This document shows, one piece after another, positions 8,632 through 18,662 of a DNA stretch of 64,000 nt. The notes below the pieces were generated by a model. It made no database searches. It had not been told where the DNA came from and was given only the letters and a program-made list of their open reading frames with translations. Positions within the stretch are counted from its first letter, which is position 1; each line of letters begins with the position of its first letter. A program made the translations under genes and the position numbers. This stretch comes from Candidatus Binatia bacterium (lineage in GTDB: Bacteria; Desulfobacterota; Binatia; HRBIN30). The stretch is taken from positions 192,001 through 256,000 of the forward strand of contig JBBRSP010000002.1 in the NCBI GenBank assembly GCA_038245295.1, written 5' to 3'.

Positions 8632-11600
8632 TCACTCGCCGATGTCCTCGAGCAGGAACTTGAGGGCATCACGATCGAGGGCGCGGGCGAAGCCTTCTTC
8701 GCCGAGGATGTCGCGCACCATCGCGGCCTTCTTCTGCTGCAGCTCCCAGATCTTCTCCTCGATCGTGCCGCGGGCGATCATGCGATAGGCGATGACCGTG
8801 CGGTCCTGACCGATGCGGTGCGTGCGATCGATGGCCTGTGCCTCGGCCGCTGGGTTCCACCACGGGTCGAAGAGCACGACATAACTTGCCGCCGTCAGAT
8901 TCAGCCCGGTGCCGCCGGCTTTGAGGGAGATCAGGAAGACACTCGCCCGTTTGTCTTCTTGAAAGGCGCGCACGACTTGCTCGCGTTTGGTCGTCTGCCC
9001 GGTGAGTTTGTGATGCGCGATGCCGCGTTTCTCCATCTCGGCTTCGAGCAGTTTCAGACATTGCACGAACTGGGAAAACACCAGCACCTTGTGACCTTCC
9101 TCGAGGAGCGGCTCGAGGAGCTCGAAGAGCGCGTCGAATTTGCCCGACCCGAGCTTTGGGTTGCCGTGCGCCAGGGCAGGGTGGCAGCAGATTTGCCGTA
9201 GGCGTGTGAGCGCGGCGAGGATGATGATCTTGTTGCGACGCAGCTCCTGGGGATCGTCAGCGATGTCGTCGACGATCCGACGGCTGCGGCGCAGTTCGGC
9301 AAGGTAGAGCTGCCGTTGGCCCGGCGTGAGCTCGCAGTCGCGCCGCTCTTCGATACGCTCCGGCAGATCGGCCGCGACGTCGCGCTTGAGCCGACGCAGC
9401 AGGATCGGCCGCAGTTTGGCGGCCAGCAGTGTTCGAGAGTGCGGCGGACCATCGAGGCGATCGAAGCGGGCGCTGAAATCGGTGCGGTCGCCGAGATAAC
9501 CAGGATTGACGAAGTTGGTGATGCTCCACAAATCTAGCGGCCGGTTCTCGAGCGGCGTACCGGTCAACGCCAGGCGGTGTTTGGCATTCAGCTCGCACGC
9601 GGCCTGGCTGACAGCAGCGTCGGGATTCTTGATGTTCTGCGCCTCATCCAGAATCGCGGCGCGCAGGGCGACGTCACGCCATTGGTCGAGGTCGAGACGC
9701 AGCAACGCATAGTTCGTGATCACCAGGTCGTAACGACCGATCTGCTTGCGCAACTCATGGCGCTCGGCGCCGCGTTCCAACAACAACACCTTGAGCTTAG
9801 GGGCAAACTGCTGCGCCTCACGCATCCAGTTGTGCATCACTGAAGTCGGGCAGACGACCAGACTCGGTCCACCCTTGGGGTCGGCCTTGATCAGATGCTG
9901 TAGCCACGCCAGGGCCTGCAGCGTCTTGCCGAGACCCATGTCATCGGCGAGCACGGCGCCGATGCCCATGCGCGATGTGTAGGCGAGAAAATCCAGGCCT
10001 TGCCGCTGATACGGCCGCAGCTCGGCGACGATCCGCGCCGGCACCGGCACCTCCGGCACACCCTTGAACGCGCGCAGTTGCTGGCGCAGCTTCGTGAGCG
10101 CCTGCATGGCTTCACGGCTAGCGCCCATCTGCTCAAGCGCAGCGACGCTCTCAGGGCGAGCACCCGACAGTTGCCACAGGGTGATACGTTGCTCGCCGCC
10201 GCCGATCTCGACACCGAGGTCGGCGAGCACGCCGGCCGTCTCGTCGTGCGCTTCGACGGCGTCACGACGCACCCAGCCGCCCGGTAAGCGCACGAAGCGG
10301 TTGGTCGACGATCGCAGCTTGGCCATGTCGCCATCGGTGAGCGACAGCCCTTCCGCTTCCCATTGAGCGGAGACGGCAAACCAATCGAGCCCGCTGGCGC
10401 TCACCTTCAACTTCGGCCGCACGACTTGCGCTCCAGACAGCAGTCGTCGAACACGTTCGGTACCAACGAAACGGATACTGGTCGGTCGGCTGTCCCAAAG
10501 CTCGGCGAGCGCCGCCATGCGGCGCGCCGACGCTTGCATCCACCAACCGACGTTGCGGTCCGGCTCGTCCGGCGCGTTGGCGCCCGGGCGCGCCTTGGTA
10601 CCGGGCTCGGCGCTGCTTCCCTCCAACCACGCCAGAGCCGGTGCGACGGTGTCGGGATCCGGCTCTTCAATCCACGTCTCGCCGATCGGCAGCGTCATGT
10701 CAGCGACGATCGCAGTCTCGGCGGGATCGGTGCTCGCCGCCGACATGGAGGCGATCGCGTCGTAATCCTCCTGAACACTTAGCGGCGACGACGGTACCCG
10801 TCGCTCCCAGCGTCCGACCGGATTGAACTCGAGGACGACGGCTTCTGCACTCGGCTCCTGGTGTGGCAACCACTCGTCGTCGCCCGAGTAGACAAGGACA
10901 CGGATCTGCAACCAATCGTCTTCACGCAGATCCAGCGCAACAACGGCCTTGCCGCGCACATAGCGGGTGTGAGCGGCCAGGGCGTTGCGGACGTGTGGAA
11001 AATGATGCGCCAGGGGCGCCAGGATCTCGGCAAATGATTCGCGCGGCACGTCGAGTCCGCCGACTTCCAGGAGGCGGTCGCGTATCCCATCGGGAGTCTC
11101 TTCGCTCACCGGGTACAGGCAACCATCGGCGATCACGACGGCCGGCGTGCGGGGAAGACTGGTGCTCGGGAAGTAGATGACTTCGTGGATCGAACGTTGG
11201 TGACCATCGGGCCACAGGCACATGAGTTCGAGACGCGCGCCGTTGGGATGATCGATCGGTGTCGGCAAGATACGCAACGGAATTGCGGCGAACCGCAACG
11301 GCTCGCCCGCCACGATCCCTGCCCGAGTGCTCGCCTCAGGCAGCGAATCAGCCGCCCACGTCATGAGAGGACCGGGCTCGTCAACAACCTTGAGCATCGC
11401 GGTCGCCACCGCCGCACTGACTGTTAAACTGTGCGCCCAATAGCCACTGCCGAAGCGCCCGCTGCTCTCGAGGAAGATCGCCAGAAGCTGCTCCTGATCG
11501 CTGGCAAGACTGCCCGGATTGCGTTGCACGTCGCTGAGCAACTGGCGCAGTTGCTCCCATGTGCGCTGCTCGTCGCGAAACCTGCTGCTCGTCAGCCGCG

Positions 11601-12390
11601 GGCTTACACTCATCGCCATGGCGCCGCGCGGCCCACGCACCAAGCCCCATTCAAAACGTAGAGAGCGGCGGCTCGGCGTCTTGCGGTTGGCGGCCCAGGC
11701 GAGCAGGTCGTTGGTGAGTTGCAGCTCGATGCGCCGGGCATGCAGCATCTGCAGATCGCTGCGCTCGCTGAAGGGCTGCAGCTCGACAGGCACGCTGCCG
11801 CCGTTGAGCTGGGCGATTCGACGGCACAGCTCCCAGCAGAGAACTTCGGGATCGGGCTCGGCCAGCACCTCCTCGAAGAGAGGATCGTAGGCACTCACAC
11901 GCTGGAATTGCGGCAGCGAAAGCAAACGCCGCAGGATGGCATGGCGACTCCAGGTATCGCGGGCGTTGGCAAACAGAGCGGCAACATCCATGGCCGTCGG
12001 CGTATCGCGGGGACCGGGAGTTGGCGTCGGGGCGGAGGGCGCCGGGGCGGAGGGCGCCGGGGCGGAAGGCGCCAGAGGCTGTATGCCCGCCGACTGCAGC
12101 AATAGGCGAAGCGTGGCGTAGATATGCTTGCAATTCGATCCGACGGGGCAGGTGCAGCCGCAGGCCCACTCCCCCTCTATCCATACGATATCGACTTCGT
12201 AGCGTTTGCTGCCAATCACCAGTGCAAAGAGCGACGTTCCGTCCCACTGCAGATTAACCACCCGCCGTTGCTGCAAATACTGTGCACCGCGCTGTTGCGT
12301 GCCGGCGTCGAAATGCGACAGCGCCCCTGCCATGGCAGTGATCTGCTCCGGAGAAAACGTCAGCCTCTTGGTCGTTGGATGTCGCGCCAT
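8632..12390 (-). CDS. SWIM zinc finger SNF2/SWI2 helicase
   Basis: CGCTC...CKH SWIM; LADDMGLGKT, DEAQ, LTGTP, DPWWNPA, QAIDRTHRIGQ. Confidence 0.95.
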   Translation of the reverse strand: MARHPTTKRLTFSPEQITAMAGALSHFDAGTQQRGAQYLQQRRVVNLQWDGTSLFALVIGSKRYEVDIVWIEGEWACGCTCPVGSNCKHIYATLRLLLQSAGIQPLAPSAPAPSAPAPSAPTPTPGPRDTPTAMDVAALFANARDTWSRHAILRRLLSLPQFQRVSAYDPLFEEVLAEPDPEVLCWELCRRIAQLNGGSVPVELQPFSERSDLQMLHARRIELQLTNDLLAWAANRKTPSRRSLRFEWGLVRGPRGAMAMSVSPRLTSSRFRDEQRTWEQLRQLLSDVQRNPGSLASDQEQLLAIFLESSGRFGSGYWAHSLTVSAAVATAMLKVVDEPGPLMTWAADSLPEASTRAGIVAGEPLRFAAIPLRILPTPIDHPNGARLELMCLWPDGHQRSIHEVIYFPSTSLPRTPAVVIADGCLYPVSEETPDGIRDRLLEVGGLDVPRESFAEILAPLAHHFPHVRNALAAHTRYVRGKAVVALDLREDDWLQIRVLVYSGDDEWLPHQEPSAEAVVLEFNPVGRWERRVPSSPLSVQEDYDAIASMSAASTDPAETAIVADMTLPIGETWIEEPDPDTVAPALAWLEGSSAEPGTKARPGANAPDEPDRNVGWWMQASARRMAALAELWDSRPTSIRFVGTERVRRLLSGAQVVRPKLKVSASGLDWFAVSAQWEAEGLSLTDGDMAKLRSSTNRFVRLPGGWVRRDAVEAHDETAGVLADLGVEIGGGEQRITLWQLSGARPESVAALEQMGASREAMQALTKLRQQLRAFKGVPEVPVPARIVAELRPYQRQGLDFLAYTSRMGIGAVLADDMGLGKTLQALAWLQHLIKADPKGGPSLVVCPTSVMHNWMREAQQFAPKLKVLLLERGAERHELRKQIGRYDLVITNYALLRLDLDQWRDVALRAAILDEAQNIKNPDAAVSQAACELNAKHRLALTGTPLENRPLDLWSITNFVNPGYLGDRTDFSARFDRLDGPPHSRTLLAAKLRPILLRRLKRDVAADLPERIEERRDCELTPGQRQLYLAELRRSRRIVDDIADDPQELRRNKIIILAALTRLRQICCHPALAHGNPKLGSGKFDALFELLEPLLEEGHKVLVFSQFVQCLKLLEAEMEKRGIAHHKLTGQTTKREQVVRAFQEDKRASVFLISLKAGGTGLNLTAASYVVLFDPWWNPAAEAQAIDRTHRIGQDRTVIAYRMIARGTIEEKIWELQQKKAAMVRDILGEEGFARALDRDALKFLLEDIGE
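12029..12073. repeat. 15-bp tandem repeat x3 encoding an (APSAP)n linker in the SNF2 gene
   Basis: ggggcggagggcgcc x2 plus ggggcggaaggcgcc. Confidence 0.85.
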
Positions 12391-12498
12391 GCAATCGCTC
12401 AGATTCGCGCAGGATCAGTCGTTAGGCAACGGGCCGGCGCAGGCTGAATGACCTGCGCCTCCCTCCGCACCGCGTCGATGCGGAAGCAGATGCAAGCC

Positions 12499-13590
12499 TC
12501 AGCTTGCGGCGATACGTCCGTCGTCGAGCCCCAGGATTTTCGCCAATAGTTGGGTGACGATGTTGTTGGTCTCGAGATCGGAATCCGGCGGCAGCACTTC
12601 GTACGAGATCATCATCTGCGCCACACGCATCATGACGACGGCGAAGCGGAAGCCGGCGAAGACTTCGTAGAACTTCATGTGGCGCAATTGCCTTTGCATC
12701 AGCTCTTCGTAGCGCGCGATTGTCGCGGCGTGTGTCGGAAAACCTTCAAGGCGCGGTGTGCCGAGACCTTCGCTGTGATGTTTGTCGAGGAAGAGCCACC
12801 AGGCCAGATCCTGTTGCGGGTCGCCGAGTGTCACCATCTCCCAGTCGAGCACCGCCTGCACCTTGTTGTCGCGGAAGATCATGTTGCCGATGCGCGCGTC
12901 GCCCCAGCACAGGCTGACCGGCTGGTCGTCGGGTAGGTTTGCCTTCAACCACTCCCAGGCCTTCTCGGTGATCGGCTGCGCCTTGCCGCGCGCCGCCCAG
13001 CGGAAGTAGTCGTCGTAGTAACGCATCTGCTGCACCAGCCCCGGCGGGCCGAGCTGCGGGCGCTCGAGAAAGTCAAAGCCGAGCTTCTGCCAGTCGAGCT
13101 TGTGGATGCGCGCCATGGCGTCGAGGGCGTTCCACCAGAACTCGGCGCGGTCCTGCGGCGTGATCTCGGTCACCCAGCCGGCAACGTGGTACGGCGGATT
13201 GTCGCCGGGGATTTGCCCTTCGACCTTGCCCATCACGTAGAACGGTGCGCCGAGGACGCTCTCGTCGTCTTCGAACCAGTACATCTTCGGCACCGGCACG
13301 TCGCTCTTCTGCGCCAGGATCTGCATGACGTTGTACTGCAGGCGGAGATCATACTCCGGGAACACGGCGTAACCCGATGGCTTGATGCGCGCCACGAAAC
13401 CTTGCTCGCGGCGTTGGCCGTCTTGGTCCCACGCCGCATCGAACAGGAGTGTGTCGTTGGAGAAACCTGTCGCGGCTGGTGGTGTCAGGCCGGTGATCTC
13501 GAGTGCGCTGGCGCCGGGCATCTGGCTCTGCAGCCACCGCGCCAGCTTGGTGCGCGTTTCTTCAGGATCGCGTTGCTGCGGAATCGGCAT
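12499..13590 (-). CDS. APH-like phosphotransferase (ACAD10/11 N-terminal-like)
   Basis: GAPFYVM, WGDARIGN, VLDWEM, GDPQQDL. Confidence 0.88.
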   Translation of the reverse strand: MPIPQQRDPEETRTKLARWLQSQMPGASALEITGLTPPAATGFSNDTLLFDAAWDQDGQRREQGFVARIKPSGYAVFPEYDLRLQYNVMQILAQKSDVPVPKMYWFEDDESVLGAPFYVMGKVEGQIPGDNPPYHVAGWVTEITPQDRAEFWWNALDAMARIHKLDWQKLGFDFLERPQLGPPGLVQQMRYYDDYFRWAARGKAQPITEKAWEWLKANLPDDQPVSLCWGDARIGNMIFRDNKVQAVLDWEMVTLGDPQQDLAWWLFLDKHHSEGLGTPRLEGFPTHAATIARYEELMQRQLRHMKFYEVFAGFRFAVVMMRVAQMMISYEVLPPDSDLETNNIVTQLLAKILGLDDGRIAAS

Positions 13591-13602
13591 GGATGCAGTG
13601 CC

Positions 13603-14589
13603 TCACTTCAGGAAGTAGTTGAACTCGGCCCAACCAAGCAGCGGCTTGGAGCCGTCGTCGGGGTGCACACGCACCAGGGCGCGGCGATAGATTGGCCGTT
13701 CCGGTGGCACGAAGGTGTGGGTGATGTCGATCTCCATGGCGCTGATGACTTCGAGCTTGCCGCCGAAGGTCGAGCCGTCCTCGGCGACGACGTCGATGTG
13801 GCCGGCGATCGGCTGCAGGACGTTGTTGTTGTCGAACTTCAGGTCATAGTTCACTTGCGTGAGATTCTGGCTGTTGTCGCGATTGATGTAGCCGACGCTG
13901 ATCGGTCCGCTCATGCCCGGCAACTTCACTTGCACACACATCACGCGCAGGTCGTCGCCATTGAGAGCGAAGAACGTCCACTCCATGTTCCACGGCCGCG
14001 GTCCCCACGAGTGATCGCGTTCGCCGCGGCCATCGAAGGGGATGCTCTTACCGTCGACGTGGATCTCGCCGCTGAGTGTCACCGGCTGCTCGAACCGACA
14101 GGCATCGAACTCGTCAGAGATATGTCCGGGGACGTTGTTGCGCCCGGTGGAGTGTGGCGCGCCGATGCTGACGACATCCAGCGCGGCGGCAACCGGCAAC
14201 ATCATGCCGACGCGGCGGCCGGCGGTGACACGACCGAAACCTTCGAAGCGGAAGCGGCCACGGCGCAACGGCTCGATCGGATCGTAGACCAGGCGCAGAC
14301 CCCAACCCTGATAGGCGATGCGCGGTGTTTGAAAGTCGGCCAGCGGCAGGCGCGGTTCCTCGACGACGATCCACTCGCCGTCGACGTAGAGGTGGAACCA
14401 GATCCAGCCGCGTTTCTGCGACGGAAAGTAGCCGACGCGGCAGTGGCCGGCGACGCTGCCATCGTCGTTGTACCAATCCCAAAACCACGACTCGTTCCAC
14501 CACTCGACGCCCGGGTCGAAGGGGTGCATCGTCTCGTCGCGGAATTGAATGCCGAATTTGGTGAGCTCTTCGTCGCTGATCGTGCTCAT
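13603..14589 (-). CDS. Hypothetical protein, AttH/tocopherol-cyclase-like beta fold
   Basis: ATG 14589; NESWFW, FEQ, GERDHSWGPR; paralogous to 39906-40853. Confidence 0.7.
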   Translation of the reverse strand: MSTISDEELTKFGIQFRDETMHPFDPGVEWWNESWFWDWYNDDGSVAGHCRVGYFPSQKRGWIWFHLYVDGEWIVVEEPRLPLADFQTPRIAYQGWGLRLVYDPIEPLRRGRFRFEGFGRVTAGRRVGMMLPVAAALDVVSIGAPHSTGRNNVPGHISDEFDACRFEQPVTLSGEIHVDGKSIPFDGRGERDHSWGPRPWNMEWTFFALNGDDLRVMCVQVKLPGMSGPISVGYINRDNSQNLTQVNYDLKFDNNNVLQPIAGHIDVVAEDGSTFGGKLEVISAMEIDITHTFVPPERPIYRRALVRVHPDDGSKPLLGWAEFNYFLK

Positions 14590-14603
14590 GGGGTGCGTCT
14601 CTA

Positions 14604-14704
14604 CCGCAGGCTGAAGCCTGCGGCTACCTCCGCGCCCTCCGCGCGCGCCTCGTTGATCGCGGGCGCATGTCGGGGCAATGGGTAGGCGCAAGCTTCAGCT
14701 TGCG
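14604..14704. repeat. Inverted pair of REP family B copies
   Basis: ccgcaggctgaagcctgcggctacc (14604) and ggtaggcgcaagcttcagcttgcg (14681). Confidence 0.8.
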
Positions 14705-15354
14705 CTGTCGGCGGCGAACGCACCGACTTCCGGCAACAGCACATCGGCGCCGGCGGCCTCGAGCTCCCCACGGGTTGTCGACGTCAGCACGGCGACCGCC
14801 AACATCCCGGCACGCTTGGCCGCTTCGATGCCGTGCACCGAGTCCTCGATCACCGCACAAACCGACGGCGCCAATCCAAGGCGGGACGCGGCGACCAGGA
14901 ACACCTCGGGATCAGGCTTGCCATGGCTCACATCCTCGGCGGTCACGACGGCATCGAGCATCGACGCGGCACCGAGGATTTCGATCACCAAGGAAATGTT
15001 TGCTGCCGGGCCGCTCGAAGCGATTGCCACCTTGGCGCCGTGCTGACGCAATTCGCCGAAGATCTGCGGCACGCGATCGTAAATACGGATAGCGCCGCCG
15101 CGCACCAGGTCGCGGTAGATGGTCTCCTTACGTTCACCGAGCTCATCGATGCGCTGCGGGCTCGCGTCGGCAATCCAAGCCGGGATGATGCTGGCGTTGC
15201 GTTGACCGAAGGTCTGCTGAAAGCGCTCGGCGGTGAACGGAATGCCGACCTCGTCGCCGAGCTGCGCCCAGGCGCGCCGATGCGCCTCGGCGCTGTCGAT
15301 GAGCACGCCATCCATGTCGAAGATCACACCTTTGGGTGGCTGTGGTCTGGTCAT
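14695..15354 (-). CDS. HAD-family phosphatase (beta-phosphoglucomutase-like)
   Basis: IFDMDGVLIDS, ASS, GKPDPE, IEDSVHG. Confidence 0.9.
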   Translation of the reverse strand: MTRPQPPKGVIFDMDGVLIDSAEAHRRAWAQLGDEVGIPFTAERFQQTFGQRNASIIPAWIADASPQRIDELGERKETIYRDLVRGGAIRIYDRVPQIFGELRQHGAKVAIASSGPAANISLVIEILGAASMLDAVVTAEDVSHGKPDPEVFLVAASRLGLAPSVCAVIEDSVHGIEAAKRAGMLAVAVLTSTTRGELEAAGADVLLPEVGAFAADSAS

Positions 15355-15530
15355 GCTGTCCGGCGATAGCGTCGCTGGTGCATCTCCGCACTTGGAGGCA
15401 TTTGAGGTAGGGGCGTTCTGCGAGGTGTGGGTTGGGTTGCGGGCGAAGCCAGCGTCGTGCACATTGCGGCCCGCGACGTCGCCGTGTAAGACGGCGCCCG
15501 CACGAACGCCCCGAATCCTAGGAGACCCGA

Positions 15531-16175
15531 ATGGATTTGATCCATCAGTTCCTCGATATCTTTTTGCACCTCGACACCAACCTGAACCTATGGGCCGACA
15601 AGCTGGGGCCGCTGCTGTATGTCCTGCTGTTTGTGATCCTGTTCTGCGAGACCGGGCTCGTGATCACGCCATTCCTGCCGGGCGACTCGCTGTTGTTTGC
15701 CGTCGGCGCCCTGGCAACTGTCGAGAACTCGGTGATCAGCTTGCCGATCATGTTGGTCTTGTTGTGTGTCGCAGCGATCCTCGGTGACGCCGTCAACTAC
15801 GCCATCGGCGCGCGTGTCGGGCCGGCCGTTTTCCGCAGCGAGAACTCCCGCTTCCTCAACAAGCAGCATCTGATGCGGACACACGAGTTCTACGAAAAGT
15901 ACGGCGGCAAGACGATCATCCTGGCGCGTTTCATGCCGATCATTCGTACCTTTGCGCCGTTCGTCGCCGGCATCGGCAAGATGGGTTACTCCAGCTTCGC
16001 CATGTTCAACGTCGTCGGCGGTATCCTATGGGTCAGCTCGTTCCTGCTCGCCGGCTACTTCTTCGGCAACATCCCGGTGGTCAAGAGCAACTTCCACATG
16101 GTCATCCTGGCGATCGTCTTCCTGTCGATCCTGCCGCCGGTGATCGAGTACGTGCGCTCGCGGCGGGAAGCGTAA
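15531..16175 (+). CDS. dedA: DedA family membrane protein
   Basis: FCETGL..PFLPGDSLLF, GDAVNY, ARFMPIIRTFAPFVAG. Confidence 0.95.
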   Translation: MDLIHQFLDIFLHLDTNLNLWADKLGPLLYVLLFVILFCETGLVITPFLPGDSLLFAVGALATVENSVISLPIMLVLLCVAAILGDAVNYAIGARVGPAVFRSENSRFLNKQHLMRTHEFYEKYGGKTIILARFMPIIRTFAPFVAGIGKMGYSSFAMFNVVGGILWVSSFLLAGYFFGNIPVVKSNFHMVILAIVFLSILPPVIEYVRSRREA

Positions 16176-16199
16176 ACACAGCGCCGCAACAGGAAGGGC

Positions 16200-16255
16200 C
16201 CCCTCTCCCACCTCGAGCGGAACTTCGGACCGTGGGAGAGGGTCGGGGTGAGGGG
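16200..16255. repeat. REP family D (CCCTCTCCC...GGGAGAGGG / CCCTCACCC)
   Basis: ccctctcccac...gtgggagagggtcggggtgagggg; related copies at 17994-18450 and 44211-44355. Confidence 0.7.
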
Positions 16256-16284
16256 ACTGCACCGCCCCGTCCCGGGCGTGAATT

Positions 16285-16701
16285 TCAGCGCCGTGTCGGT
16301 GTGGCTTTCGCAGAGGGGCGCCGCGGAGCGGCGCGCTCCGGATTCTGAAGCTGCGCCGCGATCTTCTTCGGCGCGGTCATCAAGTATGAATCTTTGACGA
16401 TCTCGGCGACGGCGCTCCAGTCGACCTTGCCGTCGAGGCGCATGCCGATCCAACCTTTGGGGCCGACGTAGGGCGGTACGAAGAAGCGCTGCGGGTCGGC
16501 GCCGACGAGGATTTCCTGGGCTCCTGGTGGTGCTTTGCACCACAGGGCGATGCGGTTGTCGCCGTGGTGGTTGTTGGTGAACATGGTGAACATCTTGGTT
16601 GGGCCGACACGGAAGGTTGGTTCGCCCCAGGCGATCTTCTCTGTGGCCTGCGGCAGGGCGAGGCAGATGGCGCGCAGGCGCTCGAGGGGATCGGCTTTCA
16701 T
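16285..16701 (-). CDS. MmcQ/YjbR family protein
   Basis: ATG 16701; LRAICLALP, WGEPTFRV, FFVPPYVGPKGWIG. Confidence 0.88.
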   Translation of the reverse strand: MKADPLERLRAICLALPQATEKIAWGEPTFRVGPTKMFTMFTNNHHGDNRIALWCKAPPGAQEILVGADPQRFFVPPYVGPKGWIGMRLDGKVDWSAVAEIVKDSYLMTAPKKIAAQLQNPERAAPRRPSAKATPTRR

Positions 16702-16789
16702 GCGGCTCTCCTGGCGCTGATTTTCGGTCTGGTCAAATGCTGAATGCGTTGCCGGTGGCGTAGCCTCGAGCGCAAGCTGAAGCTTGCGC

Positions 16790-17890
16790 CTACCGAGTTC
16801 TGAGCAGAGCGCGACCGGGAACCGGCGAGCGGCCGGCGAAACGCTCCGCCGGCCGGATCTTCGCCCATGCATCGAGTAGCGACGTCATCTCGCGCGGCGC
16901 GCTCGCATGCAGCACCACTCCGGCAGCGCCGGCGTTGAACTGGTCGAGGATGCGCTGGGCGCAATGCGCCGCCGAACCGGTGGCGTTGCTGCTGCTGAGC
17001 CATTCGGCCGGGTAGATGTCGCGGATGCGGCGCAGCTCGTCGTCGGTGAACTCGGTGGCGTCGGCGAAACGTCCTTGGAGCAACTCGTGGCCGCGTAGTT
17101 TGTCGAGGACACCGCGATCCCAGCCGTTGGCGTCGACGATGAGCTCGCCGTAGCCGGGGATCTGCATGTACGTGGTCATGCGGCGCACGACGTGTCGCAG
17201 CTCCACGGATTCGGGGAGATCGCAGGCGGTAACGAGGCAGGACCATACCTGCACGCTCTTCGGATCGCGTCCGGCCTTCTCGGCTCCGGCGCGGGCGCGG
17301 GCGACGCAATCGGCGACGGCTTGATCCGTCCAGTGTGAGTGCAGCAGGATGCCATCGAAGTGTTCACCGGCAAGCTGCTGTGTCTTTGGGCCCAACGCCG
17401 CCATCAGCAACGGCGGCGTGTGCTCGACGGTATGGTCGAGGCTCAAGTAGGCGAACTTGCCGGCCGGACCGTCGTGGCCGAACACCTTCTCTCCAGCCCA
17501 CAGGCGGCGCAGCAGTTGCGCCGTGTCGGCCAGCATCGCCGGCGTGGCGCGTGGGATGCCCCACATGTCGGAGCGCATGTCGAAGCCGCGGCCAAGGCCG
17601 AGGGCGAAGCGGCCGCCGGTGAGTGCGCTCATCGTCGAGGCGATCGAGGCGGTGAGCATGATGTGACGGGTGTTGGGATTGGTGACACCGACAGCAACCG
17701 CCAGCTCGCTGGTCAGCGCTCCGGCGGCTCCACTCAGTGTCGCTGCTTCCTTCACATCGTGGCGTTCGGAGATCCAAACCGAGCCGAGGCCGACCGTCTC
17801 GGCGTCGCGTACCTCTTGCAGCATGGGGCGCGGGTCGGCAACGCGGCCGGGGAGGGTGTAGAAACCAAGCTCGGGGAATCGTGATGGCAT
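16790..17890 (-). CDS. LLM-class F420-dependent oxidoreductase
   Basis: ELGFYTLPG, WISER, TNPNTRH, GGRFALGLGRG, AALGPK. Confidence 0.85.
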   Translation of the reverse strand: MPSRFPELGFYTLPGRVADPRPMLQEVRDAETVGLGSVWISERHDVKEAATLSGAAGALTSELAVAVGVTNPNTRHIMLTASIASTMSALTGGRFALGLGRGFDMRSDMWGIPRATPAMLADTAQLLRRLWAGEKVFGHDGPAGKFAYLSLDHTVEHTPPLLMAALGPKTQQLAGEHFDGILLHSHWTDQAVADCVARARAGAEKAGRDPKSVQVWSCLVTACDLPESVELRHVVRRMTTYMQIPGYGELIVDANGWDRGVLDKLRGHELLQGRFADATEFTDDELRRIRDIYPAEWLSSSNATGSAAHCAQRILDQFNAGAAGVVLHASAPREMTSLLDAWAKIRPAERFAGRSPVPGRALLRTR

Positions 17891-18008
17891 GGCGGTATCG
17901 TTTGCATCGAGTCGGCGGTGCGAGCAACCCCCGGCGCCGGGCTTCGACCCTTATGTTCCCGACTGCACTCGGCTTCTGAGTCCGCAGACCCAACCCTCAC
18001 CCTAACCC

Positions 18009-18435
18009 CAATGTCGTTAAGTTAGCGAGGGTGAGGGCCAATGCGGAGCCTCGTCATAGCGGCGGAGGACACTGTCGATAAACTGAAATGAGGCAACGTC
18101 ATCCCGGCGGAAGAGTCTGTCGTAAAACCAAAGTGGAGCAATGTCATCCCGGTGAAAACCGGGATCTCCCCCTGCTGGAAGCCTCGAAAGCTGGCGAGAT
18201 ACCGGCTTTCGCCGGTATGACGGAAAGGTCTGCTCGGTTTCAAATATGGTTTCCGAGAAAATCGACACACTCGAAAGCCGGGATCTCCTCGAGTAGAAGG
18301 CCGAGAATGCTGGGGAGATACCGGCTTTCGCCGGTATGACGGGGGTGTTTGCGCTGTTTGAAACGATGAATCAGAGAAAGTCGACAGACTCGGAGGCCGG
18401 GACGACGCACTTCTCTTGCTAACTTAACGACATTG
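18009..18435. mobile_element. IS4-like MITE (18-bp TIR CAATGTCGTTAAGTTAGC, 10-bp TSD ACCCTAACCC) inserted in REP-D
   Basis: TIRs at 18009-18026 and 18418-18435; direct repeats at 17999-18008 and 18436-18445. Confidence 0.88.
18068..18391 (-). mobile_element. MITE-1 (TSD GGAG) containing nested MITE-2 at 18113-18272 (TSD GGAA/GAAA)
   Basis: Ends GACACTGTCGA/TCGACAGACTC and GAGTCTGTCGT/TCGACACACTC; each unit is 160 bp once the nesting is removed. Confidence 0.85.
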
Positions 18436-18662
18436 ACCCTAACCCTCTCCTAGATCTTGCCGGACCATTCGAGCTGAGAGAGGGAACCAGTGGCTTCCGC
18501 AGGCAGCTTTTCCAGACCGCCCAGAATGAACGCGGTCAGTTTATGTATAGGAGGCCGCCTACAGAGGGAAGCGCCGGACGGGGGCCGTCTCGAAGGGCGT
18601 CCCAGATACTTCGCCGCGGCGATCACAACTGCTAAGCGACGGCGGAAAGAGGGAGAACCCAC

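Noticed and set aside
8632..12390. SNF2 helicase as part of a defence system
   Set aside because: Stand-alone SWIM-SNF2 layout with no methylase, nuclease or other defence partners adjacent
18450..18662. Lysine riboswitch upstream of the saccharopine dehydrogenase-like gene
   Set aside because: No L-box consensus or terminator seen
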